Source of the DNA: Eledone cirrhosa
Taxonomy: Eukaryota
Assembly: GCA_964016885.1 (NCBI GenBank)
Contig: OZ024740.1
Location: 383,966,001-384,030,000 of the forward strand
Length of the DNA: 64,000 nucleotides
Direction of reading: 5' to 3'
Below are positions 1-11,164 of this stretch, piece after piece; position 1 is the first letter of the stretch, and each line of letters opens with the position of its first letter. The notes under the pieces were generated by a model, which was not told the origin of the DNA, did no database searches, and saw only the letters and a program-made list of their open reading frames with translations. Made by a program: the position numbers and the translations under genes.

Positions 1-1
1 T

Positions 2-1441
2 ATAGTTGGTAACATCATTACCCTTGATTCGGTCTTTCATTATCAGAACTGTGGTACCTTTTGTCAACCACTCTGGCACCTCACCCGACACCAAGCAGTC
101 ATTGAACATGGCCGTCAGCTTCGGGTGGAGGGATGTTAAATGTTTAATCCAATACCCCTGCACACCATCTGGGCCTGGTGATTTCCAGTTGGTTAGTTTT
201 TTGGCTTGCCCCTTAAGAGTTTCAACTGTGATACTCAAATCAGTCTGCTGCTGTGCCTGCTCACCGATCTCCCTCTGTACTGTCTCAATCCACCCTGCCT
301 GGGCATTGTGTCTAACATCCTGCTCCCATATTCCTCTCCAGAATGTTTTAGCTTGTTCCGCCCCAGGGATCAAGTCGGTGCCTCTTTCTTTCCCCTCAAG
401 CTGTCCAAACAGCATCTTCTGGTTGTTGTCGAACATGCGGTTCTGTTTATACTGACTGACTCTGTTCTCGTATCGCCTGATTTTGGCACTCTTTGCTACA
501 ATGCGTTGCTTCAATTCCTCTATGATAATATTTAGCTTTTTACTCCTAGTTTTGTATTTTATTTCCAGTCTATTTTTAGTGCCTATGTTTTTTAGTGTCC
601 CATTCAGTAGTGACTGAAGCTTTCCTATGTCATTTCTCATTTCCCCGATTTGCCCACTCAGTCGCTTCTTCCACCACGGCTCTGCTCTTTCTTGTCTGTT
701 GTTTCCTCTCGCTTTTATACCAAGTAGTTTCCTCACCGTATTTGCTGTTGCTTTGAGGATATTGTTGCACTGGTGAAGACTCCTCGCCTCAAGGTATGGG
801 ATGACTTTGTTTACCTTAGCTGTTGTTTCTTTTAACTTTTTCCTGTCTACAAATCTTAGGTTCATAGGTCTCCCACTATCATTGTTCAACTCATCTACCA
901 CTAAATTTAGGATGTCAACCGAATCTTGTCCTAGCCCGTCAGCATTCATCTCCTCAGTGGCCGTATCTCTGTTCCAGGTATTATTTATCTCAGTATTCAG
1001 ATCATTGTCTGCTTCGGGTGGTTCCTCCGCTCTCAGGACCTCCTCACCTTCATTTCCCGCCGGCTCGCTTGTCTGGCATACTACACCCGCCATCTCCAAA
1101 CCATTCTCTCTGCTCAGTTCCTCCAGTTCCAGCTCGCTTATCCACCCATTAGTTCTTATTACCCGAGCCTGCCCGGCCAATTTTTGTTCATCTAATTTAA
1201 ATAAACCAATCTCGTTCCAGATGTTATGCATCCGTCTCCTGTAGCCCCTCTCCTTGGGGTTACTTTTCAGGTAGCATTGCATAACAGTTCTATTCAATTC
1301 TTTCGTCCAGTTGGTTCTGGCCCCTTTCCTTCTTCTTCTTCCTCCAACATCAGCAGTATTTCGTTGACAGTCAGGTTCCTGCTGCTGAGCCAGGGGGCAC
1401 CTGTTGGGTGAGAGTCTGTCACATGACGTTCTAGTCTCCAT
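2..1441 (-). CDS. N-terminal ~480 aa of the single ORF of an R4/Dong-type (RT+RLE) non-LTR retrotransposon, family A; runs off the window edge
   Basis: ATG at 1441 (minus) reads METRTSCDRLSPNRC...WTKELNRTVMQCYLKSNPKERGYRRRMHNIW...LAGQARVIRTNGWISELELE, a typical R4/Dong N-terminus. Positions 1-840 are the reverse complement of 44781-45620, which leads into the RT. The ORF track lists no stop-terminated ORF in this frame, so it is probably open to the edge. Confidence 0.85.
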   Translation of the reverse strand, partial: METRTSCDRLSPNRCPLAQQQEPDCQRNTADVGGRRRRKGARTNWTKELNRTVMQCYLKSNPKERGYRRRMHNIWNEIGLFKLDEQKLAGQARVIRTNGWISELELEELSRENGLEMAGVVCQTSEPAGNEGEEVLRAEEPPEADNDLNTEINNTWNRDTATEEMNADGLGQDSVDILNLVVDELNNDSGRPMNLRFVDRKKLKETTAKVNKVIPYLEARSLHQCNNILKATANTVRKLLGIKARGNNRQERAEPWWKKRLSGQIGEMRNDIGKLQSLLNGTLKNIGTKNRLEIKYKTRSKKLNIIIEELKQRIVAKSAKIRRYENRVSQYKQNRMFDNNQKMLFGQLEGKERGTDLIPGAEQAKTFWRGIWEQDVRHNAQAGWIETVQREIGEQAQQQTDLSITVETLKGQAKKLTNWKSPGPDGVQGYWIKHLTSLHPKLTAMFNDCLVSGEVPEWLTKGTTVLIMKDRIKGNDVTNY

Positions 1442-1859
1442 TTCACCGTTATTCGAACTGTTTATGTTCGATATTTAAACACTCTTATCGAGGATTGGCG
1501 AATGTATGTTTACATAGCCATCTGTGGATCCGCCATCCCACTTGGCTCTTGTGTGGCATTATCACCACGCTGTATACGGACACACATAAACAAACAAACA
1601 CACGGGCAGAAAGGGCCCCAAAAATGAATAAGCATAAGTTTCATTGTAATGTAGTATTCGAATGTCTGACTTAGTTTTTGTTTTTTAAGTTTTACTTTTT
1701 CCCCCCTCTTCTCTGTCCGTCCGCCTGCTTCTCTCTTCATTCTTATTTTCTTTACGTTTTTGGGGTTTCTTTTTTTGTTTTTGTTTTTCTCTGTTTTTCT
1801 CGTTTTTTACTGTTGTTGCTGTGCTGCTTTTGTTGTTTGTTTTTTCTTTTTTCTTTTGA

Positions 1860-2825
1860 GTCTATCTATATATTTTGATGCCTTCCTCTTTGTTAGTAGT
1901 AGGAATTCTATAATGTGGAAGTGGTAGCCAGCAGAGACTAGCGGCGTTGGCGATACTGAGACAGTGGTGGCGGTGATGTCGATACCGAGTCAGTGGTGGC
2001 GGTGATGCGACCGTATTACTGTAGTGATGGTGCTGTATTGGTGGCAGCAGCAGTGAAGGAGTCAGGGGGTGGTGGCGGCGGTGATGGGATAGTGGTGGTA
2101 ATGATGGCCGTAGTGAGCGGTGGCGGTGAAGGTGAAAATGCTGTTGTGTTTAGTGTACACAGATGATGGGGTGGGTGGTGTATCTAGTTTCTGGTGTTGG
2201 TGAGTTTCGCTGTCCTATATAGTGTAGCCAGAGGAGAGGAGGGGGGGGGGTTCTTCTTCTTCCATTTATAGCCATTTTTTTTTTTTTTTTTTTTGGATAT
2301 ACAGTGTACAATACAAAGTTGAATATTTGAATATTTGAGCCGTATTACTGTAGTGATGGTGCTGTAGCGGTGGCAGCAGCAGTGAAGGAGTCAAGGGGTG
2401 GTGGCGGCGGTGATGGGATAGTGGTGGTAATGATGGCCGTAGTGAGCGGTGGCGGTGAAGGTGAAAATGCTGTTGTGTTTAGTGTACACAGATGATGGGG
2501 TGGGCGGTGTATCTAGTTTCTGGTGTTGGTGAGTTTAGCTGTCCTATATAGTGTAGCCAGAGGAGAGGAGGGGGGGGGGGGTTCTTCTTCTTCCATTTAT
2601 AGCCATTTTTTTTGGATATACAGTGTACAATACAAAGTTGAATATTTGAATATTTGAGCCTTATAACAATATATTTTGGGTCCGAATTTTTTGGGGCTCA
2701 AGCCGGGTGCTTTACGTAGCATTTGTACTAAGAGTTGTTATTTCACAAATGATTTAAATATGTTAAAAATTCAAAACTTACGGGAGCGATTTCATGACCT
2801 CCGTCACCTCGTGCGTCTTCTTCCC

Positions 2826-2826
<1 letters not shown>
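1860..2826 (-). repeat. Interspersed 'spacer X' repeat (ACC/GGT-rich) containing an internal ~330-bp tandem duplication (2011-2339 / 2340-2660)
   Basis: Reverse complement aligns by eye, clearly diverged, with 38118-38860 and 41206-41950 (e.g. CACCAACAyCAGAAACTAGATACACC, CTGTGTACACTAAA). CCGTATTACTGTAGTGATGG restarts at 2011 and 2340. Confidence 0.75.
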
Positions 2827-2880
<54 letters not shown>

Positions 2881-3336
2881 GGCGACCCACGTAGTAAATC
2901 GTATCATCGTGAGCTCCGCAAATGTATGTTATTTTCAGTTGTTTAAAATTGCCATTTATGGAAGATTTTTATTGTTAACTGTATATAACTGCACATACAT
3001 TGATTTCTGAAAAGGACACTCAAAAATATTGGGGCCTTGAGCCAAAAATTTAAACTTTTTATAATTAACAAACAAGAATTTTTCTTTGAAAAATCATGGA
3101 TGACTCAGAGTCAATTCTTCCTCACAAACTAACACCTCACACCGACACCACCATTGTAAATATTGCTACGTTTGCCAACACTGGAAATGTAAGCAGTTGC
3201 AATATTTTAAATTTGTCTCAGGCAGACGTTCATTTCCCGCCATTACCAATGACTGCAGGTGTTAAAGCCGCCAACCCACCACCACTCAGCGACAACAGAA
3301 ACAAAATAAAAAAATAAATTAACTCGTGATATCGAA

Positions 3337-5009
3337 ATGAATTTAACCAAAATGAACTCTTCCAAACCGAACACCACTGACATCACCACCACCACAACTG
3401 AAACTAAAATTAACAATAACAAAAATAACGATAACAACAACAGCACCAATGAAATTAAGAAAACTACCCTGAGTTTTGCCTGAGTAGCAAAAACGTGCGA
3501 ATCGATCCAGGTAACTCAGGAAGAATTAGAAGAAGCCAAAGGTGGGGTAAAGAAACATGGGTACAGGGTCCCCCCCACACACACACCTAATAAAATGGAG
3601 CATCGTCGCCTATGCACCGTGTCTTATCGGACAATTAATATAAAATCGCGCCGAGTGGAACGGGCATCTGAGTCCCAAATCCAAAAAGCTTTGGGACACG
3701 TGTGGGCAAAAAAAACCCACATCAGACGTGGGCAGAAATATGGAACCGTGGATGTGTTCTTTGAAACACCACAGGAGGCCAGAGAACACTCCATGGCCCC
3801 ATTAAGAAGTGACGACTTCACACTCGTCCCAAGCTATTGTGGCCAGAGACTTGTGAAGATCAGGGTGACCCACGTTCCACCGGCCATCGAAATTCCCTGG
3901 CTAATGGCTGCCGCCCTCGCCGGCATTGAGGCCAACACCAAGATAATTGAAATGGCGAAAGAAAAGCAGGTGAACTGGTCCGGATCTGGGATGGAGCTCC
4001 TGATCCAAGCGGACCATAAAAGCATTGAGGAGATCCCAGATGTAATAGACCTCACTGACGGCAGCCACCTCACCGTATTCGTCGAGGGCAGAAGGCCTAG
4101 GTGTGTCGTTTGTGATGAAGGAACCCACCTAAGGGCTTTCTGCTCGCAGGCTAAAAGGTTGAGGCACCTCTCTTACCCAGCCCAGTGACTCAACCATCAA
4201 CACCACCAGCAGCAGAAATGGCAGCAACAACTGTAGCAGCAACAACAGAAGCAACTGTAACAGCAACATTCCCAGCAACGGTAGCAAAACCAACACCACC
4301 ACCACCCAACGCGCTAGAACTAGCACCAGCGCCTACAACCAAAACCACGCCACATCCAAAAACAACGCCTGTGGAGGATTTTCCTCTCCCCGGCTTATCG
4401 CAACTGGAGACAGATTGCGACGACGAGGTGTGGGAAACGGTATCAGGAAAAAAGAAAAAATGAAACCAAAGAAGAAAAAATTCTCTTCCTTCCCCCTTCA
4501 AAAACAAAATACAGAGGGAAACAAATAAATTATCAAACAAAAAAGTTAGGACAGATATGCCACCATCCACATAAGCATCACCAACCCCATCACCAGAAAC
4601 ACAAACACCATCATTAACCCAAACACCACCATCACCAACACCACAAAAGTCACCAAAATGCGTAACAGAAACAAACCCACAACAAACGCAAACAAAACAA
4701 AACAACCAAAACGATACACACTACACAGCATTAAATTTGAACAACCAATTATTACACTACATGCAACACAACACCAGCATCACAGAAAAAGACTACACAA
4801 CAACCCAAATGTTCATACCACCTCCACACATACAAATCACTCGCATCACACAGAAAACGTACACGACACTAAAACAAAAATTCCCCAAAGACATCGGAGA
4901 CTGCCGACAAACACTCTCCAGGCGGATTTATAAGGACATCCTTCCGGAGGAGGCCACAAGCAATGAAAAGGATGGACAAACCATCCTTCCTCTACGAGAA
5001 GTAATGTAG
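3337..5009 (+). pseudogene. Tx1-type ORF1 (gag-like, zinc knuckle, Thr/Pro-rich tail), broken by stops and frameshifts
   Basis: 3595-4188 contains VFVEGRRPRCVVCDEGTHLRAFC (C-x2-C-x4-H-x4-C). Later fragments include WETVSGKKKK. Boundaries approximate. Confidence 0.75.
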
Positions 5010-5043
5010 GTGGTCTTTCCCATCTTTTCCACTCCATTTCAAC

Positions 5044-8000
5044 ATGACCTCATTCAGAATAGGCAGCATAAATGCGCGTGGCTTGGGGTCGTCATGGAAG
5101 CAGGGCCATCTGCTCAACGACCTCAGGTCACTAAACATAGATGTAGTGGCCATCAGCGAGACCAGAATCTCCGAAGCACAGGGCTTCGCATCGATCTTCG
5201 GCGGCTTCGATGTGTACGCATCTCCCAGCCATCCGGGATCGGGGGGAGGAGGTGCTGTGCTTTTTCGGAGAGGTTTGGATCTCGCCATACGGGCCATCTT
5301 CCTGGACACAGAAGGTAAGTTGGTGGTGCTAGACGTGACCAGCGGAGACGGGAAAGCTTTCAGGCTAGTGGCCGTCTATGCCACGACAGAAGCAGGGCGG
5401 CCTGATTTCTTCCGGCGTCTGGAGTCCTTTCTTGGAACGTCCCGCTCTTTAGTGTTAGTGGGCGACTAGAACGGGATCTTAGATGCACGTTGGCACTGTG
5501 TGGGATTAGCGGATAGGGGAGGAGGTTGCAAGAGCCTCACCAACCTGTTCAGGCGGTTTGAACTGTCTGACAGGTACCGATTGGATTTCCCGAATGTGCC
5601 AATGTGGAATTGGACAAATCGCATAGGGTCATCCAGATCATATCTAGATAGAGTATTTTGTAGAGAAATAGATAGGTAGCATAGGCTGTCCACAATTCAA
5701 GATAGTCAGCTACGCCGACCACAAATTCGTGATCTGTGTGCTTGACTTAGATAGGCTTCATAGACGAAGACCCGGCTACTGGAAGCTAAACGCATCCTTA
5801 CCAGCGCGCAAGGCCTACAGAGACCGGATTAGCGAACTAGTTAAGCGGGCGTTGACGGGGGACATGGTCAACAACAAGTGGCGGTTTGCTCTGAAAAGAG
5901 CAATTAGAATAGAGTCCATTAGGTTTCATAAGGCTTTAGCAATAGAGAAAAATAGAGCAGAGGGAGAATTAGTTAGAAAATTAGACGAGGCGCTTTGCAA
6001 AGGCATCGCGACCGACGTACTTGCGGCGAAATTGGCCCTTGACCAATTCTTCAATGCAAAGCACGAAGGCTGCGTTGTCAGAGCTAGGGTGCGTGCTCTC
6101 AGACACGAGGGGACGGAAGCCGTTCAATGGGTCCGAGTGGTGGAGGCGCGTCGTAGCAACAAAGCCACGATCCGGTCTTTGGTGGACCACGACGGGCGCA
6201 TGCTACTCGATCCCGGGCAAATGTGTGAAGCTTTTCAGCGACACTTCGCTCAGCAGTTCGGGGGCAGGAGCGGGCCGGATCAAGGGATGGACTTTAGTGT
6301 CTACCTCGAAGGATTACCGCGGCTCTCGGCCACTGAGACGGAGCGTTGCGATAAGCCGATAACAGCCGCTGAAGTACGGGAGGCAATGACTAGCTGCACA
6401 AGTGGTAAATCGCCTGGTTTGGATGGTCTGCCTTATGAACTTTACGTACAGTTGCCAGACTTGTTCGGAGGCCTCTTGGCGGACGTCTACTGCAACTGGC
6501 AACAGAACGGGAGATTTCCCAGCTCTGTGAGCTGAGGAGAGGTGGCGCTGCTGAGAAAGGATCCGAAAAAGGGGCATAACATAGATAATTTTAGGCCCAT
6601 AACTCTGCTAAACACAGAGTTCAAGATTTTGGCCAAGGTGCTTGCAAAGAGGTTGACGCTTGTCGTTTGTGGTCTGGTGGGAGAGGCGCAGACATGCGCC
6701 ATTCCCGACAGATCCATCCAAGACAACCTCCACCCCATGCGATACATCGTAGAGAGGGTAGCTAAGGAACCTGGCACGGGTGGGTCCTTGATCAATTTAG
6801 ATCAGTCGAAAACTTTCGATAGGGTCGACTATCGTTACCTAGCGGCAGTCCTGAGGGCGGCTGGCTTTGGGCATGTCTTCAGAGGCTGGATCGCTGCCAT
6901 GCACAGCGACGTCTGCTCTGTGGTGAGAGTGAACGATCACCTTTCGGAAACGTTGAACATCATGTGCTCCGTCCGCCAATGATGTCCCCTCTCGTCCCTC
7001 TTGTACGTATTCACACTCGAGCCATTACTGCACAAACTGGAGACGTTGAGGGAGGTCCCGCGGGAACTAGGATGCGGAAGATCCGTGTCAGCATATGCGG
7101 ACAATGTCACCGTAGTGGTGTCGAACGCCAAACATATTGAGGCGATCGGCACTACATTAAGAGAATACGAAGCGGTGACAGGAGCAATGATCAACCAGGA
7201 AAAGTCAGTGGGCTTTCAGCTCGGCATCTGGAGAGGAAGGTCCTTGCCGTCCAACAGCGTCGTCGGGCGCTGGACGAACGGCAGGTTAAATTGCTAGGGG
7301 TCTGGTTCGGTCCGGATCTCCAGACGGACAAAAACTGGGACGAGGTGACGAGCAGGGTGGCTTCTCTCACCCAGAAATGGGCTGAAAGGAAGCTATCGCT
7401 TAAAGGTCGAGTGGAGGTGGCCAACGCCTATATCGCGTCCGTCATCTACTACAGCCTGACCGTCGTACCTTGTCCTAAGCCCCGCCTGACTGTGCTGGAG
7501 CGTTTGCTCTTTCGCTTTTTGTGGAAGGGACGCGTTCCGATGGTCAGGTGGTCCATCTGCTGTCAACACCCTCTACGTGGAGGGCTGGGAATTCCGTGGC
7601 TGATGATGCGCAGACACGCGCTCATCTACGACATCTCCACCTCTTCCTCGACGGTGATCAGGTGTGAACGCCGTTTGTTAGACGCGTCTTTCCCCAGCAC
7701 GTCTCCTTGACGGAGCTGCAGTCCTGGGTCAAGCGAAGACCGAGAGGGAGCGCGTGGAGACTGGAATGTCTTCAGGCGCTCACAGCCCTCGACCAATCGA
7801 GCAATGTGATCGGTGGAAACTCCACCTTGGCGTTCTATAGAGGATTAGTGGTGGGGAAGAGCGACGACGTACTTGGAGAAACTCTAGGCGTCGACGAAAA
7901 TCAACTAGCCAATCTATTCGGAAGAAATTTCGGGCCGGGGCCTATGGACAACTTCCAGAAATCCCTGGCCTGGCAGTGCTACCGAGGAGCTTCGCCAGTT

Positions 8001-8369
8001 CGGGATAAACTCTACAGGCATGGAGGTGCCGTCACCCGGGCATGTCCGAGAAAAGAGGTATCCAGCTATCAGCTGATACCATCGTGAGGATTGCCCCGCC
8101 CTCTTCCTTTAGCCTGGAAGGGCAGGCAGTTTTTATCTGTCTGGTGGCCAAGCGAAAGTTTTAGTATGGTGGACACGTTTGAAAGGGCTGAAGGCGAGCA
8201 CTACCTCTTCGGTGATGCCCTGATTACATTTTTCAAATTTCATTTAAAAAGGAAAAATCAGGGTAGAAAGGGAAGTGCTCTCTTCCCAGCATTTTGTTGT
8301 AAGATGGGTGAGAGAGGCAAGAATGGCCCGAGTGAATGGGCCTACTCTGAGTATGCGTCTGTAAATTAA
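5044..8369 (+). pseudogene. Tx1-type ORF2 (APE endonuclease + reverse transcriptase), multiple stops and frameshifts
   Basis: GSINARG, ISET, VYA, GD*N, SYLDR (APE); YWKLN, KSPGLDG, FRPITLLN, SVRQ*CPLS, AYADN, GGLGIP (RT and C-terminus). Confidence 0.9.
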
Positions 8370-8643
8370 AGGTGGAAAACTGGGAGAGGGTACTTGCCCT
8401 GGTGGTCAGGGTCACTGTGGCTTTTTTAATGGGCTTTCTCCACAAATGTCCCTCGGAAGTCTCCCCCCTATTGGGGAATTTTTTCATTGTTCTATTATTA
8501 CATCCTCTGTTTCTTGTTTTTTACACGCAGAAATGCCCATTTGTACCGTCCTGTATTGTCCTGTACTGTCCTTAATGTCTACTTTATGTAAACCCTTGTG
8601 GTTAATAAAGAAAGCATTATTATTATTATTATTATTATTATTA

Positions 8644-9114
8644 CACTTGCATTTATCTTGCTTTATGTTCATACGAGTTATCACCAAGTCACAACCAGTG
8701 AACTCAAGAGACAACAAGGTCCGCCATGTTCAAGAAAGTACATACATACTCACACATGCATCTTTAGGTGTTTAGACATGTGATGTACTTATATTGACAG
8801 AATCTTCCTTAGTATATGGGCAGTTCCCATTAGTACTATCTTTTGTATTTCTCCTACACGCGGGTTTCCTGGGATTTGCGATAAGTAATCATTAGACCCC
8901 TTAGGTATCATTCCCAGAGCGCCTACAACCTCTGGTATTGTTTTAGTTCTCAATTTCCACATTTTTCCAATTTCTATCTCCAGGTCCTTATACTTGCTCA
9001 ATTTTTCAAATGTTTTTATAGATACATTCTTGTCTATTGGAACGGTCATATCAATTAGCAGGCATACCCTATTTTTAAAGTCCTCCAGTATTATATCAGG
9101 ACTATTTGCATCTA

Positions 9115-9118
<4 letters not shown>
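8644..9118 (-). mobile_element. 5'-truncated 3' fragment of R4/Dong family B (RLE C-terminus + 3'UTR)
   Basis: ORF 8789-9049 (...KYKDLEIEIGKMW...LRKILSI) is nearly identical to the C-terminus of 37245-37928. TAA/TAC repeats lie on both sides. Confidence 0.9.
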
Positions 9119-9195
<77 letters not shown>

Positions 9196-9260
9196 ATTAA
9201 AAGTTTATGAAAAATTCCTTATTGAGCCCCTTTAGATTTTAATCTCTGTCTTTATTATTA

Positions 9261-9310
<50 letters not shown>

Positions 9311-9372
9311 GTATTTATTTATATATGCGTGTGTGTGTGTGTGTGACTGTGTGTGTTATGTGTTTGTGTGAC

Positions 9373-10616
9373 TAGTGTCGGCTGAAACATTCATAAGTTG
9401 GCCAAAATATTCTCATGGAATGTGACCGAATGAGATATATTTATTATTCAACATACTCTCCTTTTACAGTCCACACTCTTCTCCAGTGGCGTTGGAGTGT
9501 ATGGATCCCATGCACTCTAACATCACTGTTTTCATCCTGTTTCTCAACAATATGTCGTCATAATTCCTGCGACACTGGTCTCCAGCTAAGTGTTTTTTCA
9601 TGTTTGGGAACAGCTGCGTGTCGGATGGGACTAAATCAGAATAGCGAAGGTGATCAACCAGTTCAAATCTACAATCAGGCACAGCGGGCAAAGACCTGTG
9701 TGCTTTAATATTCTCCTGATAAAACAAAACTCCTTTCGTAAGCTTTCCTGGGAATTTGACATAATAGGCTTACGTAATTGCCCCAGCAAGTTGGTATAGT
9801 ACTCTCTGCAATGAAGGTATAGCGTCTTCGAACATCTTCCATAAACAATGCCTTTTGCATCCCATAAAACACACAGCGTCATCGTCCATGTGGATACAAC
9901 GGCCTTGGTCTTTTTTGGAATAGGAGAGGAGGGGTGTTTGCATTGCACGGATTGTCCATGACTCTGGCTAAACGCATTGAATCCAATACACATTTGGTTT
10001 AGGAAACGTTAAAGGAAACCACCTGTATCTGCCTCAAACAATTTCAGATTTTCATGTGGTAAGATCCGCATGGTGCGTTCTTGATCATGTGTCAGTAGGC
10101 GTGGCACCCATTATGCAGATACATTCGTCATGCCAAGTTTATAGTGCAGCGTATTCTCAACACTTTCACCGGATATGCTAATAGCATTAGTTATTTGATT
10201 TATAGTGAATCTCCTTTCATCCTTCACCATGTGGTGAATGCGATCATTGCGTTTCTCGGTGGTGATGGTTGTAGGACATCCAAACCTTGGGTCACTTTCA
10301 AGACACGTCCATCAGTCTCCTAAATTCAGCACGACACTTTTGCACTGTTGATAAAGCTGGAGCGTTACGCAGAAACTGTTTCAACATAAATTTCCTTGGC
10401 GGCTAAAACCTTTTGCTACAGGTAATTATTAACATTACGATGTCAAATTTTGTTCATTTTCAAAAGACGTCACTATTAGTTGCTTGTAAAATTTTCTTTG
10501 AACTTTCAGTTATTGGATTACCTGGAAAGAAACAATGCAGTTATTAATTTCTCAGCCCTAGTATCCCCCGTTCATAGTCAGTCCATGCACTTTTATCCCC
10601 CCCCCCCCCAGGTGTA
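9373..10616 (-). mobile_element. Decayed mariner (Tc1/mariner, DD34D-type) DNA transposon
   Basis: Minus-strand WVPRLLT (~10091-10110), VLWDAKGIVY, YSDLVPSD (from YSPDLAPSD), LFPNMKKHLAG. Degenerate terminal inverted repeats at ~9373-9403 and ~10575-10616. Confidence 0.85.
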
Positions 10617-10763
10617 CATCATGAGCTCGTGTCTGTAATAGTTTAATAATTTATGTTGCACCAAAATACAGATCATCATTTCTTTAGGAAATTAAAATAG
10701 TTAGAAATATTGATTTTCTTAACACATCCATGCGAACAAAAATAGAATAAAGTCAAGTTTTTT
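10504..10763 (+). repeat. 260-bp direct repeat, copy 1 (mariner 5' end plus flank); copy 2 at 13412-13672
   Basis: Near-identical sequence TTTCAGTTATTGGATTACC...GTCAAGTTTTTT at both positions. Confidence 0.9.
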
Positions 10764-10869
10764 ACGAGCAAATTCAGCACATAGAAAATTTTAAGCAAGT
10801 AATTTGCGTAACTAATGAGAAATGTTTAAGAGAGCCAAAAATGTCAGAACAATGACTCAAGGCAAAAAA

Positions 10870-11152
10870 GAATAGGAATGAAACAAGGGTATCTACAATA
10901 GGAACAAAATAAGGTTATCTACAATAGGAACAAAATAAGGGGATCTAAATTAGGAACAAAACAAACGGATCTACAATAGGAACAAAACAACGGTAACTAC
11001 AATAGTAACAAAACAACGGTATATACAATAGGAACAAAACATAGGGATTTACAATAGGAACAAAACATGGGTAACTACGATAGGAACAAAGCAATATGAA
11101 CAAAACATGGGTAACTATGATAGGAACAAAGCAATATGAACAAAACATGGTC
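10870..11152 (+). repeat. Minisatellite, ~24-25-bp unit (TACAATAGGAACAAAACAAGGGTATC-like), about 11 units
   Basis: ATAGGAACAAAA recurs at roughly regular intervals without unique spacers. Confidence 0.85.
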
Positions 11153-11164
11153 ATCAACATATAG

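Larger units (their letters stand above)
2881..8615 (+). mobile_element. Near full-length, decayed Tx1/L1-group non-LTR retrotransposon flanked by (ATT)n on both sides
   Basis: ORF1 remnant with CCHC knuckle, ORF2 with APE endonuclease and RT, AATAAA at 8604-8609. (ATT)n at 2827-2880 and 8616-8643. Confidence 0.9.

Noticed and set aside
6-1411. Plus-strand ORFs (149, 109, 147, 61 aa) and similar ORFs antisense to other retroelements
   Set aside because: Shadow frames of the retrotransposon ORF on the opposite strand.
10870-11152. Regularly spaced short repeats, CRISPR-like at a glance
   Set aside because: Head-to-tail minisatellite with no unique spacers, no cas genes, and a eukaryotic context.
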